Origin: a virus
Lineage: Duplodnaviria; Caudoviricetes
Direction: 5' to 3' (one strand)
Virus record (IMG/VR): IMGVR_UViG_3300028194_000318
Coordinates: 1-63,194 of that record
DNA: 63,194 nucleotides
Part shown: piece after piece, positions 1-10,411 of the stretch
How the letters are laid out: every line of letters begins with the position of its first letter
Position numbering within the stretch: position 1 is the first letter of the stretch
Notes under the pieces: generated by a model
Databases searched by the model: none
Seen by the model: only the letters and a program-made list of their open reading frames with translations
What the model was told of the DNA's origin: nothing
Position numbers and translations under genes: made by a program

Positions 1-1
1 A

Positions 2-838
2 GGACCATTGTTACCTAACTTAGTACGAAGTGAGATTAAAAAGTTACCTAAACCGGTTACATTAAAAGGTGATAAGCTTACTATCAAATTTAAAGATGAA
101 AGTAGTATTAAGAATTATATAAGAATTTCAAATGTTTCAGAGCTTGGAGGAGCAACATATAAAACTTATAAAGCAAATCCAGAACAAGAAGGTTTAACAA
201 TTGAATATTCTGAGGTTCCAACTTATGGGTCAAATCAACAAACAGCTATTGGCTTTATGTTTAATACTCCAGAATTTAGTAGACCAACCTATGCTGAAAA
301 TAGAGAGTATGTAAAGAATAAAAATAATCAAACTTCAGAGGAAAGTAAAATGGATAAGATGGAATTTGGTTTGTCAGAAGCTGCCGCTATACAGCAAGAT
401 GTATTAAATGACACAACTAATAATATAGTTGCTACAGACAAAAGTGTAGAAGCTAATGGTATAAATATGGCTGATACAGATGCTTTGATGAAAAACATTT
501 TAGAAAAAAGTGCTGCAATAGAAAATATAGAGTCTGAAATTAATACTCTAGAAGATACAGAAAATGCATTACCAACAATAGATGTAAATGAACAAGGGCA
601 ATATGCAATGTTTGCAGAAGATATACTTGGAGAAGCATCACAGTTTCCTTTATTGTCTGAAGGTTATGCTAACATTATGAGTAATCCATCTAACAAAAGT
701 ATTATGATGGAAAATAAATTATTTCCTTTTAGTAATATGATTAGTGAATATAATGATAACTTTGTTAAAGAAAAGGAAACAGAACAAGAAAACCAAGAAG
801 CTTTTTTAGATCAACTAAAATGTCTAGGTATAAAATAA
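2..838 (+). CDS. C-terminal end of a large virion (cargo or virion-RNAP cluster) protein, 5'-truncated by the window
   Basis: Frame is open from the window start. It lies directly upstream of a 1945-aa virion protein, as in the tandem giant genes of crAss-like phages. Identity is inferred from position only. Confidence 0.5.
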   Translation, partial: GPLLPNLVRSEIKKLPKPVTLKGDKLTIKFKDESSIKNYIRISNVSELGGATYKTYKANPEQEGLTIEYSEVPTYGSNQQTAIGFMFNTPEFSRPTYAENREYVKNKNNQTSEESKMDKMEFGLSEAAAIQQDVLNDTTNNIVATDKSVEANGINMADTDALMKNILEKSAAIENIESEINTLEDTENALPTIDVNEQGQYAMFAEDILGEASQFPLLSEGYANIMSNPSNKSIMMENKLFPFSNMISEYNDNFVKEKETEQENQEAFLDQLKCLGIK

Positions 839-846
839 TATAAGTT

Positions 847-3800
847 ATGGCAAGATGTCCAAATAAAAATACTGCAGAGTATAAAGCATTACAAGATGTA
901 TTTCAAACAGAAATAAGAACTAATAGTGTTATAAATACTTGGCAAGACATTAATAACTCAGATGCATTTCCTACACCTTTTCAGGCTAATGAGATGGTGT
1001 CTGATCAGAAAGTTGCTTTTGCTTTAAAACAAAAATCATTTGGATTAAGTTTATTAGATAACTTACGTAGAGAACATATAGGTCATACATTCCAGGGACA
1101 ATTTTTAATTAATAATTCTAACCCAGTTACAAGAGAATATGACTCAATGTTTTTAGATGCTAATGTTAAAAAACTATATAGATATTTAAGAATAAACAAT
1201 ATACCTGCTGACACAGTTACATTACAAAGAACACCAAAGACATATAGACTAATTGTAAATGAGGATTTATTTACTAATAAAGATGTACTTGAAAAGTCTA
1301 GGTCATGGGATACTAATAGGTCTAGAGAGGTTGTTATGCACCTAAAAAGAATGTTTCCACAAGTTAATGTAGAAATGTTGAGTGTTACTGAAGCTGCAGA
1401 TATGTTTTCTATGTTTCCAGAATGGAAGAAGAGTAATGTTAAATTTAAAGATGTAAAATCTTTTTATGTAGACGGTACAGCATACTTAATAAAAGGTAGA
1501 GTAACTGATGAGACAGCAATAGAAGAAATGCTACACCCTTTAGTAGATGCAATCAAAGTAGACAACCCTGAATTATTTAATGGTTTGTTAGCAGAGGCCA
1601 GCAAGACTTTTCCAGAAATGGTTCAGCAGATAAAAGCTGAGTATAATGAGAATACCAGAAACTTTAGTGATACTGAAAGAAATCTAGAAATAGTAACACA
1701 AGCCTTATCAAGACACTTTAAGAAAGAATATGAAACTAATCCTAGCCAAGGATTCCTAGACAAAGTAAATGAGTTTATGGATTGGTTTATGGAACTTATA
1801 AATAACCTTAGTGAGTATTTAACAGGTACACCTTTATCTGTAAAAGATATAAACCCAAGTGGTAACTTAAGTGATATTGCTAAACTTTTAAATACAGAAA
1901 GAATACAATTTAAACTGGAGAGTAGAGCTGATGGAAAGATAAGGTTTAGTTTATCTCCAGAAAAGAAAAGACAGGTTGATCAAGCCTTGTCTGAAGCTAA
2001 TGGGGTACAAGCAGAAATAATAAAAAGTTTATTTCATGTAGCCAACTCATCAGATGTTGAAGTTAATTCATTGTCTGGTAGCAGATTTAAAACTGAAGAG
2101 GAAATGCAAAGAGGAGACTCAGGAGAAACCATTGTTGTTTTAAATGAGAAGAATCACACATACTATGATATAACAGATAAGCTTCAGCAGAAACCATATA
2201 CCTCAGTTACTACAGCAATCAAAGGCACTCTTAAAAACTTAGAAGATGTTCAGCTTAATTTAGATATTGGCAATGATGTTGATGCTTTATTAGATGCTTT
2301 GGTAACACACCGTAGTGTAGAGGATGTATTTGATCAAATGAAAGTTGTAGATCTAGAGACTGCTAAAACTGTTTATAATACATTACAAACTACACTAACT
2401 AATATAATGCCTGAAGGATCTATTGCTTTATCTCAAGTTGTAGTATTTGACAAAGCAACAAAAATGGCTGGTACAGCTGATTTAGTTATTGTAGATAAAA
2501 ATGGTTTTATTAAAATTGTAGATTTAAAGACTACAAAAAATTCTTTAAAAACCTATACTACAGAAGATACAAAGGTAGGGAGAAAACAAACTGTATATTA
2601 TGATAAAGAATGGGCACTAAATGAGGATAGTTTATTGAAACAAAAAGGAATTGATAAATTATCTACTAGAGGTCAACATAACCTACAAGTAAACATTTAT
2701 AGAAGGATGTTTCAGAATATGGGATATGATGTATACATGGGAGACTATGCTGCATCTACTTTTCATTTAGTTGCTGATATAAGTGGGAAAGGAAAGAACC
2801 AAAAGTTCAATGGAAATATTAAGTCTGATCAATGGGTAGATCATCCTATATCTCAGAATATTAATTATGTTAATATGCTTATGCCGCTCAATCCTGACAC
2901 AACTAAGAAGGAACAGTTGGATGAGCTTACTAAGGATATGGAAGATAAACTGGTTGATCCAGATGTTGTTCCTGCAGATTTAGTAGAAGAAGATGAAAAA
3001 GTAGCAGAAACGGTTACACCAGTTCCAGAAGATCCAGTATATGATACTATTTCTGGCATACTTAAAGAATACCAATTATCATTAATAAATAAAATAGATT
3101 TACTTGAGGCAAAGAAATTAGCCAAAGCTTCTATATTTATTGATAGAACAAAAGATGAAGCAATAGAACAATTGGCTTCTACAATTGCTTTTATTAATAT
3201 AGCAATGAGTGAGGGGCCTATAGCTAGATCTTCTGCTTATTCAGAATTATTACAAGACTCACTAAGACAAGTTAGAAAGTTTAGTGCCTATGTTCAAGAT
3301 CCTAAGAACTTTGCTAAATCTGAATACATTACTTATGTATTAAATTTTGATAAGTTTATAAAAACATTCCAAGGTTTACAAAGCATTACTGATCTAGCAC
3401 CTTTAAATGCAACGCAAAGATCTTTAATATTGTCTCTTAAGACAGATCTTAATAAATTAACTGGTGCTGATGGAACACAACAAGGTTTAATAGATGGTGC
3501 TATTAATGATTATGTTAAGGAAATTATTAGAAACAAATCTAATAGAGCTTATGGTGAAGAAGGAAGCTTCTTTACAGAAGCAAATCTAGAATTGTTGTTA
3601 AAAGAAGCCAGAGACATCTCTGGTACAGATCTTTACACTAGGGATTTGGCTACACAAGGTGATGTTATTTTAGCTTTGATGGATAAAATATATAAGTCTA
3701 AAAAACAAGAGCTATTAGATAAAGTTGCAGAAAGAGAAGGTGTAATTAAAGCAGCAGGTAACCAAGTAATTAAACTTACACCCAATGCAAAACGTAATAC

Positions 3801-6684
3801 AGCATATAATTTTATGTTAGTATATGATGAGAATGGTGAGTTTACAGGTAACTATGTAAAAAAGATTGGTCAACAGTACTATAAAAAGCAGGAAGAACTA
3901 AGAGCACCGCTATATGATAATGATAATAACCCATATCAATATGAAGAAATTTTAGCATCTGATATAGAAGAGCTTAAAAAAACCAAAGAGGGACGTGCAA
4001 AAATAAAATATAATCAAGATCTTGCAGATGCTAAAGCTGCATTCAGTGCATTCTTTAGAGCTGAAAGAACTACAGATGAACAGTATGATGATGGTGAATA
4101 CCATACATATACAAAAGAATTTAAAGATGCAAGAGATAGAGTAGAATACTATGTGCCTGGTAAAGATGGTAGTCCTTTTGGAAATTGGTATAGAAAACCA
4201 CGTGTTTCTGATGTACAATATGCAAAGTATGAAGCTAGGTATTTTAAAGTAAATGAGTACACTAAAGCAATAAGAATAGATGGGGTACCTACTGGAGCTG
4301 TAGTAGCTGGTCAAACATACCGTTCACCAAAAGTAAAGTATAGAGTAGCATTAGAAAGAAGTAATCCAGTAGATGGCTTACCTCAAGATATGACTAGTGA
4401 ACAATATAGAAGCATTATGAATCCTAGTGATGCATTAGGAATAGCACAAAAAGAATTCTATGAATTGTTTGTACAGTATTTTGAAAATGAACTTCTAGAA
4501 AAGTTACCACAGAATGTTAAAAATAACATGCTTGGTAGAGTACCGTTAGTTCAAGGTGCTGCTATTAATACTATGAAAAAGAAGTCATCCTTCTGGAATC
4601 AATTGTATGCAAAAACTGTAAGAAGCAGAACATGGAATATGTTTAATAAAACTTCAACTCAAAAAGGAGTTATGGTAGATCCTGTTACTGGATATATTGT
4701 AGATCAGATGCCTATTTTTTATACAGGTAGGCCAAAGATTGATGGTGAGATGGAACAAATAGAAAAGGAAAAACTTGCTATACAAGACCAATATAAAACA
4801 GGTAAGAAGCAAGATGGTACTACATATACAGAAGATGACTATAATATTGATTTAGCTGGGATTAATGGTAAGTTAGCTAGAATAAGATCAACACCTAGTG
4901 TAGGAGAAATTAGTACTGACTTAGCAACCAGTCTTATTAAGTTTAGTGCAATGGCAGAAAACTTTGAGACAATGGCTACTATTGATGATACTCTTAATGC
5001 AATGATGAAAGTTATAGAAAACAGACATTATCAACCATCTGAAGGCTCAGGTATAACTTTTATAGATAAAGTAAAAGGTGTAGTTTCAGGAACACCAAAA
5101 AGCAAATATGCTAAAAATGAAAATACAAAGAAGAGAGCTCAGAAATGGATGAGTCAAGTGTATTATGATAATGAAAATATTACAAAAGGAGCAGGTGATA
5201 AAATAGCTGAGGGAATTATTCAACTGTCTTCTTTGTCTTATGTAGCCTTTAACCCTTTTGGTAACTTTAATAACTACTTAATTGGTAGAGTCAATAACAA
5301 TATTGAATTACTAGCAGGTAGGTTTGTAAGTAGAGATGCACAACTAAGAGCATCAAGAGAGTTTAATAAAAGAGCCTTACCTGATATGGTTTCAAGAACA
5401 GGTGCAGCAATGACAGATGCAGTTGACGTACTTACATTTGGTAAAATACCAGGTTTAAAATCAAGTGAGTATGATCCTAAAAGAGCTAATAGTAAATATG
5501 AAGCATTTGTAGATATGTTTAGGATGATGGATAAGATGTCTGAATTGCGTGAACAGGGAGCAGATACTGCAGAGGGCAAAACTTGGTTTGAAAGAGCAGC
5601 TGAATGGGGTTATGTAATGCAAGATGCAGCAGAATATAATGTACAAACTAAAATGGGTATGGCTGTTTTGATGGATACTACTATGCTTAATCCAGACACT
5701 GGGGAAACATTATCTTTATATGATGCCTTTATGTATGATGCCAAGTCACACACAAATAAAATTAAAGAAGGTTTTACCAAGATTGTTAAGTTAGATAAAA
5801 ATAACAAAATAATTAAAGGGAGTGAGCAAGACTATACTAATGAATTTAGATATGATTTAAGAAATAAAATCAGAGAAATAAATAAACAAATTCATGGTAA
5901 CTATGCTAGAGAAGATAGGATGGTTATGCAACAACATACATTAGGTAAACTTGCAGTTCAATTTAAGAAGTGGGTGGCACCTGCTATTAGAGCTAGATAC
6001 CAAAGAGAATACTTTGATGAGAATCTAGGTTGGATGGAAGGTAGATATAGATCTGCTCTTAGCTTTTTAAGATATACAGGTCAACAACTTAGAAAAGGTA
6101 ATACAGAATTTAATACCTATGGTAAAGGTTTTATGGAAGCACAAAAAGGATATGATGGAAAAGGTGGAAATGCAGATCAACGTGCACAGAATAAACTATT
6201 TGGGTTCTATAGAACAATGGGTGAGATAGCTATTATGACAAGTGCACTATTAATCAACTCTATATTAAGTGAATTACTAGCGGGAGATGGAGATGATACT
6301 GACTTAGAAAGAAGAATGAAGAATTTATCTAAGTATCAAGTAAACAGAATTTACAAAGAGATGGTGTTATTTATGCCTTGGATTCCTGATGGAGGTAAGC
6401 AAGTATTCCAACAGTTTGGTAATCCAGTAGCTGCCACTAGAACTTTTGGTGAGTTATCTGAACTATTAGGAATGACATTAGTAACTGGCTATAAAGGTCT
6501 GAGACTCAAAGCAGGAGGTAAAGAAGAAGATTATTTCTATGGAGATAGTTCAATAGTATATCAGAAAGGTAAAAGAAGAGGTGAACTTAAGTTATACAAA
6601 AACTTTAAGGATGTATTTCCTATTGTGTATAGTATTCAGAAATGGGAGTCTTATTTAACTAATGATGATTTCTATATAAAATAA
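847..6684 (+). CDS. Giant virion cargo/ejection protein with a PD-(D/E)XK nuclease-like domain and a degenerate zincin-like motif
   Basis: 1945 aa. AGTADLVIVDKNGFIKIVDLKT...QHNLQVNIY is PD-(D/E)XK-like. TAIEEMLHP is an HExxH variant. Hydrophobic helix near the C-terminus. Confidence 0.7.
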   Translation: MARCPNKNTAEYKALQDVFQTEIRTNSVINTWQDINNSDAFPTPFQANEMVSDQKVAFALKQKSFGLSLLDNLRREHIGHTFQGQFLINNSNPVTREYDSMFLDANVKKLYRYLRINNIPADTVTLQRTPKTYRLIVNEDLFTNKDVLEKSRSWDTNRSREVVMHLKRMFPQVNVEMLSVTEAADMFSMFPEWKKSNVKFKDVKSFYVDGTAYLIKGRVTDETAIEEMLHPLVDAIKVDNPELFNGLLAEASKTFPEMVQQIKAEYNENTRNFSDTERNLEIVTQALSRHFKKEYETNPSQGFLDKVNEFMDWFMELINNLSEYLTGTPLSVKDINPSGNLSDIAKLLNTERIQFKLESRADGKIRFSLSPEKKRQVDQALSEANGVQAEIIKSLFHVANSSDVEVNSLSGSRFKTEEEMQRGDSGETIVVLNEKNHTYYDITDKLQQKPYTSVTTAIKGTLKNLEDVQLNLDIGNDVDALLDALVTHRSVEDVFDQMKVVDLETAKTVYNTLQTTLTNIMPEGSIALSQVVVFDKATKMAGTADLVIVDKNGFIKIVDLKTTKNSLKTYTTEDTKVGRKQTVYYDKEWALNEDSLLKQKGIDKLSTRGQHNLQVNIYRRMFQNMGYDVYMGDYAASTFHLVADISGKGKNQKFNGNIKSDQWVDHPISQNINYVNMLMPLNPDTTKKEQLDELTKDMEDKLVDPDVVPADLVEEDEKVAETVTPVPEDPVYDTISGILKEYQLSLINKIDLLEAKKLAKASIFIDRTKDEAIEQLASTIAFINIAMSEGPIARSSAYSELLQDSLRQVRKFSAYVQDPKNFAKSEYITYVLNFDKFIKTFQGLQSITDLAPLNATQRSLILSLKTDLNKLTGADGTQQGLIDGAINDYVKEIIRNKSNRAYGEEGSFFTEANLELLLKEARDISGTDLYTRDLATQGDVILALMDKIYKSKKQELLDKVAEREGVIKAAGNQVIKLTPNAKRNTAYNFMLVYDENGEFTGNYVKKIGQQYYKKQEELRAPLYDNDNNPYQYEEILASDIEELKKTKEGRAKIKYNQDLADAKAAFSAFFRAERTTDEQYDDGEYHTYTKEFKDARDRVEYYVPGKDGSPFGNWYRKPRVSDVQYAKYEARYFKVNEYTKAIRIDGVPTGAVVAGQTYRSPKVKYRVALERSNPVDGLPQDMTSEQYRSIMNPSDALGIAQKEFYELFVQYFENELLEKLPQNVKNNMLGRVPLVQGAAINTMKKKSSFWNQLYAKTVRSRTWNMFNKTSTQKGVMVDPVTGYIVDQMPIFYTGRPKIDGEMEQIEKEKLAIQDQYKTGKKQDGTTYTEDDYNIDLAGINGKLARIRSTPSVGEISTDLATSLIKFSAMAENFETMATIDDTLNAMMKVIENRHYQPSEGSGITFIDKVKGVVSGTPKSKYAKNENTKKRAQKWMSQVYYDNENITKGAGDKIAEGIIQLSSLSYVAFNPFGNFNNYLIGRVNNNIELLAGRFVSRDAQLRASREFNKRALPDMVSRTGAAMTDAVDVLTFGKIPGLKSSEYDPKRANSKYEAFVDMFRMMDKMSELREQGADTAEGKTWFERAAEWGYVMQDAAEYNVQTKMGMAVLMDTTMLNPDTGETLSLYDAFMYDAKSHTNKIKEGFTKIVKLDKNNKIIKGSEQDYTNEFRYDLRNKIREINKQIHGNYAREDRMVMQQHTLGKLAVQFKKWVAPAIRARYQREYFDENLGWMEGRYRSALSFLRYTGQQLRKGNTEFNTYGKGFMEAQKGYDGKGGNADQRAQNKLFGFYRTMGEIAIMTSALLINSILSELLAGDGDDTDLERRMKNLSKYQVNRIYKEMVLFMPWIPDGGKQVFQQFGNPVAATRTFGELSELLGMTLVTGYKGLRLKAGGKEEDYFYGDSSIVYQKGKRRGELKLYKNFKDVFPIVYSIQKWESYLTNDDFYIK

Positions 6685-6737
6685 GGTTTACACGTCAAAT
6701 TTGCAGTGAAATAATTTTTAAGGATCATTTAGATTGT

Positions 6738-6752
6738 GTATATTATATTATA
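6738..6752 (+). promoter_or_regulatory. Putative phage late promoter motif (TATATTATWTA class)
   Basis: GTATATTATATTATA. The same core recurs at 11725, 11812 and 60220, upstream of + strand late genes. Confidence 0.5.
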
Positions 6753-6788
6753 AACCAGCAGTACATAGTAAACAATTAATTTATATAT

Positions 6789-8060
6789 ATGAAAAAATGT
6801 ATACATCTGCTGGTCATCTTTATTCTATTTTATACACCCCTTCAAGCACAAATAGATACTCTTCCAGAAGATCAAATAATTAAACTTAAAAAAGGTTGGG
6901 AAAAAAAACAATTCTTTAAGGGTCTTTATGAAGACTTTTTAAAGTATGGTACTATATATGGTGCTGGTGATATAAACAACTCTATAGAAGCTGATGAGTC
7001 AACTTATTTTGTTAGAACAGGAGATGGGAATGGTTTATATGATATTCCTGTTGTTGTAGATAATACACCTGAATATCCATTTGATTATAGAATAGGTTTT
7101 GGTATTAGAAAACTAGCAAGGTTTAGTTATGAAAGAAAACCTAGAAACTTTTATGATGGTACTGAAGAGCAGTTAGCATTTAGTGCACCAACATCTGCAT
7201 TAGCAGGTTTAGAATATCAATTACATTGGGAAAAGGAACGTTGGAGAGGGGAAGACTTCAGGAATCATAGGTTCTTTATAAAGCACACAGGCAAACATCA
7301 CATATTTAAAGTTGAGTCAAGAGAAGTAGGAAAGATAAACCTAGCTTATGAGTCAGCAGAAGCAAGATTAAGGTTACCTATAGGAGAAAAGTTTAGCATT
7401 TCTGCGGGTGCAATCTACCGTACTCACTCCCGTGCATATGGTTATAATCCAATTGAGATCTGGTTAAATGAAACAGTGATGTATACTGACCCAAATACAG
7501 GTGAACAGTTTGAATATCCAGCAAACCCTTGGTATACATTAGGATTTGAGTATGGTTATACTGATCATTTTACTACATACACAGATGCTAATACAGGTGA
7601 GGAAATGCAAGATTGGATTTGGAAAGATGAAGATGGAAATATTGTAGCTTATTCTGATATTGACTTTAGAGAAACTATATTTACCCAGCTAATGAACCGC
7701 TTTAATAGTGAGGCATTGTCAGAGATAGATGCATTTGGTGAGATAGCACCAATAGTAGGAATGGATTTTTATCATTATAAAAGAAATTTCTGGTTACATG
7801 CATATGCAAATTATATACTACCATATCACAGATACTTAAAAGGAGATGAAGTTGTTTCTTATTTAAATAGAAATAACTGGGGTAAAGGAGGTTTGAGAGA
7901 AGATTCCAAGCTAGAGCAATGGGCAGACTATTCTTTTGGTGCTAATTTAGGTTGGAAGATTAATAAAAATTTAGGAGTGTTTGTTGAAGGAGAGTACTCT
8001 AAGATGTGGGACAGCCAACTGTTCCAATCAACAGTAGGATTAAATTATACATTTAAGTAA
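6789..8060 (+). CDS. Signal-peptide-bearing outer-membrane beta-barrel protein
   Basis: Sec signal MKKCIHLLVIFILFYTPLQAQ, alternating aromatic beta strands, and a C-terminal BAM-type signal VGLNYTFK. Confidence 0.75.
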   Translation: MKKCIHLLVIFILFYTPLQAQIDTLPEDQIIKLKKGWEKKQFFKGLYEDFLKYGTIYGAGDINNSIEADESTYFVRTGDGNGLYDIPVVVDNTPEYPFDYRIGFGIRKLARFSYERKPRNFYDGTEEQLAFSAPTSALAGLEYQLHWEKERWRGEDFRNHRFFIKHTGKHHIFKVESREVGKINLAYESAEARLRLPIGEKFSISAGAIYRTHSRAYGYNPIEIWLNETVMYTDPNTGEQFEYPANPWYTLGFEYGYTDHFTTYTDANTGEEMQDWIWKDEDGNIVAYSDIDFRETIFTQLMNRFNSEALSEIDAFGEIAPIVGMDFYHYKRNFWLHAYANYILPYHRYLKGDEVVSYLNRNNWGKGGLREDSKLEQWADYSFGANLGWKINKNLGVFVEGEYSKMWDSQLFQSTVGLNYTFK

Positions 8061-8073
8061 AAAAAATAAAACA

Positions 8074-8361
8074 ATGGCAGAAGTACCTCAGATTGGAGAA
8101 CAAACAAAAGTAACTTTAGATCTTAAAACAATTGGAATGATAGTGGGATTTGTAATTTCATTATCAACCATGTGGTTTACATTAAAGGCAGATATAGCTC
8201 AGGCTATGGAAAACCCCAAACCACCAATAGAAAGGGTAGAATATGATTTAAAAGATGAACTTGTAAGACAGACCATAATGGAAACCCAGGAAGACGTGGA
8301 GATGTTGCTTCAGAAGTTTGAAAAAATGGAAGAAAGAATCTATGAGTTAACCAAAAAATAA
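8074..8361 (+). CDS. Single-pass membrane protein with C-terminal coiled coil
   Basis: TM segment IGMIVGFVISLSTMWFTL followed by a heptad-like charged helix. Confidence 0.7.
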   Translation: MAEVPQIGEQTKVTLDLKTIGMIVGFVISLSTMWFTLKADIAQAMENPKPPIERVEYDLKDELVRQTIMETQEDVEMLLQKFEKMEERIYELTKK

Positions 8362-8365
8362 TATT

Positions 8366-8779
8366 ATGAAAAAGGTTTTGTTGTTTATTCTAGCATTGTT
8401 TATTACCTCAACTATACAAGGTCAACAGTGGGTTAGTGATGATAGCTTTACTGATGAAATAAACGGACATTCAGGTGATCAAGATGAAGATATAGTTATT
8501 ATAGAGTTTTGGGCAGAATTTAATAAAGACAATGCTTTTGTAGAGTGGGAGAAGGTAGATGACCTTGACGGTGTAAAATATTTAAGAGCTAACATAGCCC
8601 TTTGCCCATCATTAAAAAAAGAATTTAGAATTAGAATGGTGCCCACTATATTAATTTTTTCAGGAGGAGACGCATTTATAAAGTTCAAAGCTAAAGCCGG
8701 TCTAGACCTCCTATGCCCTGTAGACTATCCTAGGATGGTCAGAGCAATAGAGGTTGTTAGACGAGAAGCTTCTTACTAG
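8366..8779 (+). CDS. Exported thioredoxin-fold protein lacking CxxC
   Basis: Signal peptide. VIIEFWAEFN replaces the WAxWCxxC motif. cis-Pro loop IRMVPTILIF. Confidence 0.7.
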   Translation: MKKVLLFILALFITSTIQGQQWVSDDSFTDEINGHSGDQDEDIVIIEFWAEFNKDNAFVEWEKVDDLDGVKYLRANIALCPSLKKEFRIRMVPTILIFSGGDAFIKFKAKAGLDLLCPVDYPRMVRAIEVVRREASY

Positions 8780-10401
8780 CCTTCACAGCTAGAGCATTCC
8801 AAAATATTTCTTGCAAAATCTTGAGCACTACTTTTACTAAATTGATAGTATAAAGTTTTTACTCCTTCCTCCCAAGCATATAAATACAATTGATTAATCT
8901 GTTTAGCAGATACTGATGGGTCAATCATTAGGTTTAGTGACTGTGACTGATCAATATACTTTTGTCTTTGTGCTGCCTGCAAAACAAGTTCTTTAGGTGT
9001 AATCTCAACAAAAGATTTAAATACAGCTTTGGTAGGAAAGTTTAAGTGTTGGACACTACCATCTTTTTTTAAGATAGACTTCCAGGTCTTATCTGTATTA
9101 AGATCATACTTATCAAGCTCTGCCTCTAGAAAAGGGTTTTTATACACTGTTTTAGATTTAGCAAGATCCTTAATAAAATAATTAGACTTGATAGGCTCTA
9201 TACCCATAGACACAGCACCATGTATAAAAGAACTAGACTTTGTAGGAGCTATAGCCATAAGAGTAGTATTAGCATAACCTTCTCTCAAAGATCTGTATCC
9301 CCATGCACCATGCAACTTTCTTGATGCAATTTCACTTCTATCTTTTAGAGTCCTAAATATTTCTGAGTTAAGTTGTTTAGCTTCAAGTGACTCAAACTCT
9401 ATTAACTTAGATTGAAATAAAGAATGGTATCCTAACACACCTAAGCCAATTGCTCTATGTTTCTCAGCAAAATTAAAGGCTCTCTTCATCCCAGGCATTG
9501 TCTCTGCTTTAATAATAAACTCATCCATTACTGCATTTAAAAAGTATACATATGTTTGTATAGCATCTGTTTCTTTTATTTCATCCCAATGTAAAAGGTT
9601 AATAGATCCTAAACAACAAACAAAAGAGTTATAACTATCTGTTGGTAATTGTATTTCAGAACATAGGTTAGATGCTGTAATATCTAAACCTAGATCTTTA
9701 TATGGAGAATTGTTATTAGAATTATCTTTAAACATTATATAAGGATAACCAAACTCAGATCTACGTTGTATGATTTTAGCCCACACTTTACGTTTTTTTC
9801 TGTCTCCTTCTTTCATTTCTTCCATCCACTTATCTGTGACAGTAATACCATACTGTAGGTTCTGTATAGGATTGCCTTCAGTACCTATGTCTAGAAACTC
9901 TTCTATGTCAGCATGCTCTACAGGTAAGTACACTGCACATGCACCACGTCTTGCCTCAGACTGTTTACAAACATCTACAACTGTATCATACATTCTAGCA
10001 TAATGTATAGGGCCATCAGCATGACCACCTGTAGATATTTCACTTCCTCTAGGTCTAATGTTTCCAAGGTATGCACTTGTTCCTCCACCATACTTAGACA
10101 TCATTCCAATTTCACGGCCTGCATTAAGTATACTATCTAAGTTATCATCTATGTTAGAACCATAACAACTAATAGGTAGTCCTTTCTGCTTGCCAAAGTT
10201 AATCCATACAGGAGTAGACAGAGAGAAAAAACCTCTTGCCATATAATCCTCAAACTTTTCAGCAAAGCCTTTGATGTTTAAATATTTTTCTGCCTTGATG
10301 GCAATGTCTTTAATTCTTTGTTCAGGTGTTTCTGTTATATATCCTCTTGATAAGAAGGTTCTGCTATCATCATTTAGCCAGTAATACTTTTTATATTCCA
10401 T
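8776..10401 (-). CDS. nrdA: Class I ribonucleotide reductase alpha subunit (no ATP cone, class Id-like)
   Basis: Motifs PISCY, SNLCSEI, VCCLGS, APTKSSS, TLYY and C-terminal CSSC. Start chosen at MEYKKYYW. Confidence 0.95.
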   Translation of the reverse strand: MEYKKYYWLNDDSRTFLSRGYITETPEQRIKDIAIKAEKYLNIKGFAEKFEDYMARGFFSLSTPVWINFGKQKGLPISCYGSNIDDNLDSILNAGREIGMMSKYGGGTSAYLGNIRPRGSEISTGGHADGPIHYARMYDTVVDVCKQSEARRGACAVYLPVEHADIEEFLDIGTEGNPIQNLQYGITVTDKWMEEMKEGDRKKRKVWAKIIQRRSEFGYPYIMFKDNSNNNSPYKDLGLDITASNLCSEIQLPTDSYNSFVCCLGSINLLHWDEIKETDAIQTYVYFLNAVMDEFIIKAETMPGMKRAFNFAEKHRAIGLGVLGYHSLFQSKLIEFESLEAKQLNSEIFRTLKDRSEIASRKLHGAWGYRSLREGYANTTLMAIAPTKSSSFIHGAVSMGIEPIKSNYFIKDLAKSKTVYKNPFLEAELDKYDLNTDKTWKSILKKDGSVQHLNFPTKAVFKSFVEITPKELVLQAAQRQKYIDQSQSLNLMIDPSVSAKQINQLYLYAWEEGVKTLYYQFSKSSAQDFARNILECSSCEG

Positions 10402-10411
10402 ATTGGTTTTT

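Noticed and set aside
2865-5807. Minus-strand ORFs inside the 1945-aa gene, and similar antisense ORFs within the fibre, terL, portal and scaffold genes
   Set aside because: Shadow frames of real genes, with low-complexity S/L/F-rich translations and no expression signals.
847-6684. Calling this protein the virion RNA polymerase
   Set aside because: No DxDxD catalytic motif (DFDID-type) was found. The RNAP gene probably lies upstream, outside or at the edge of the window.
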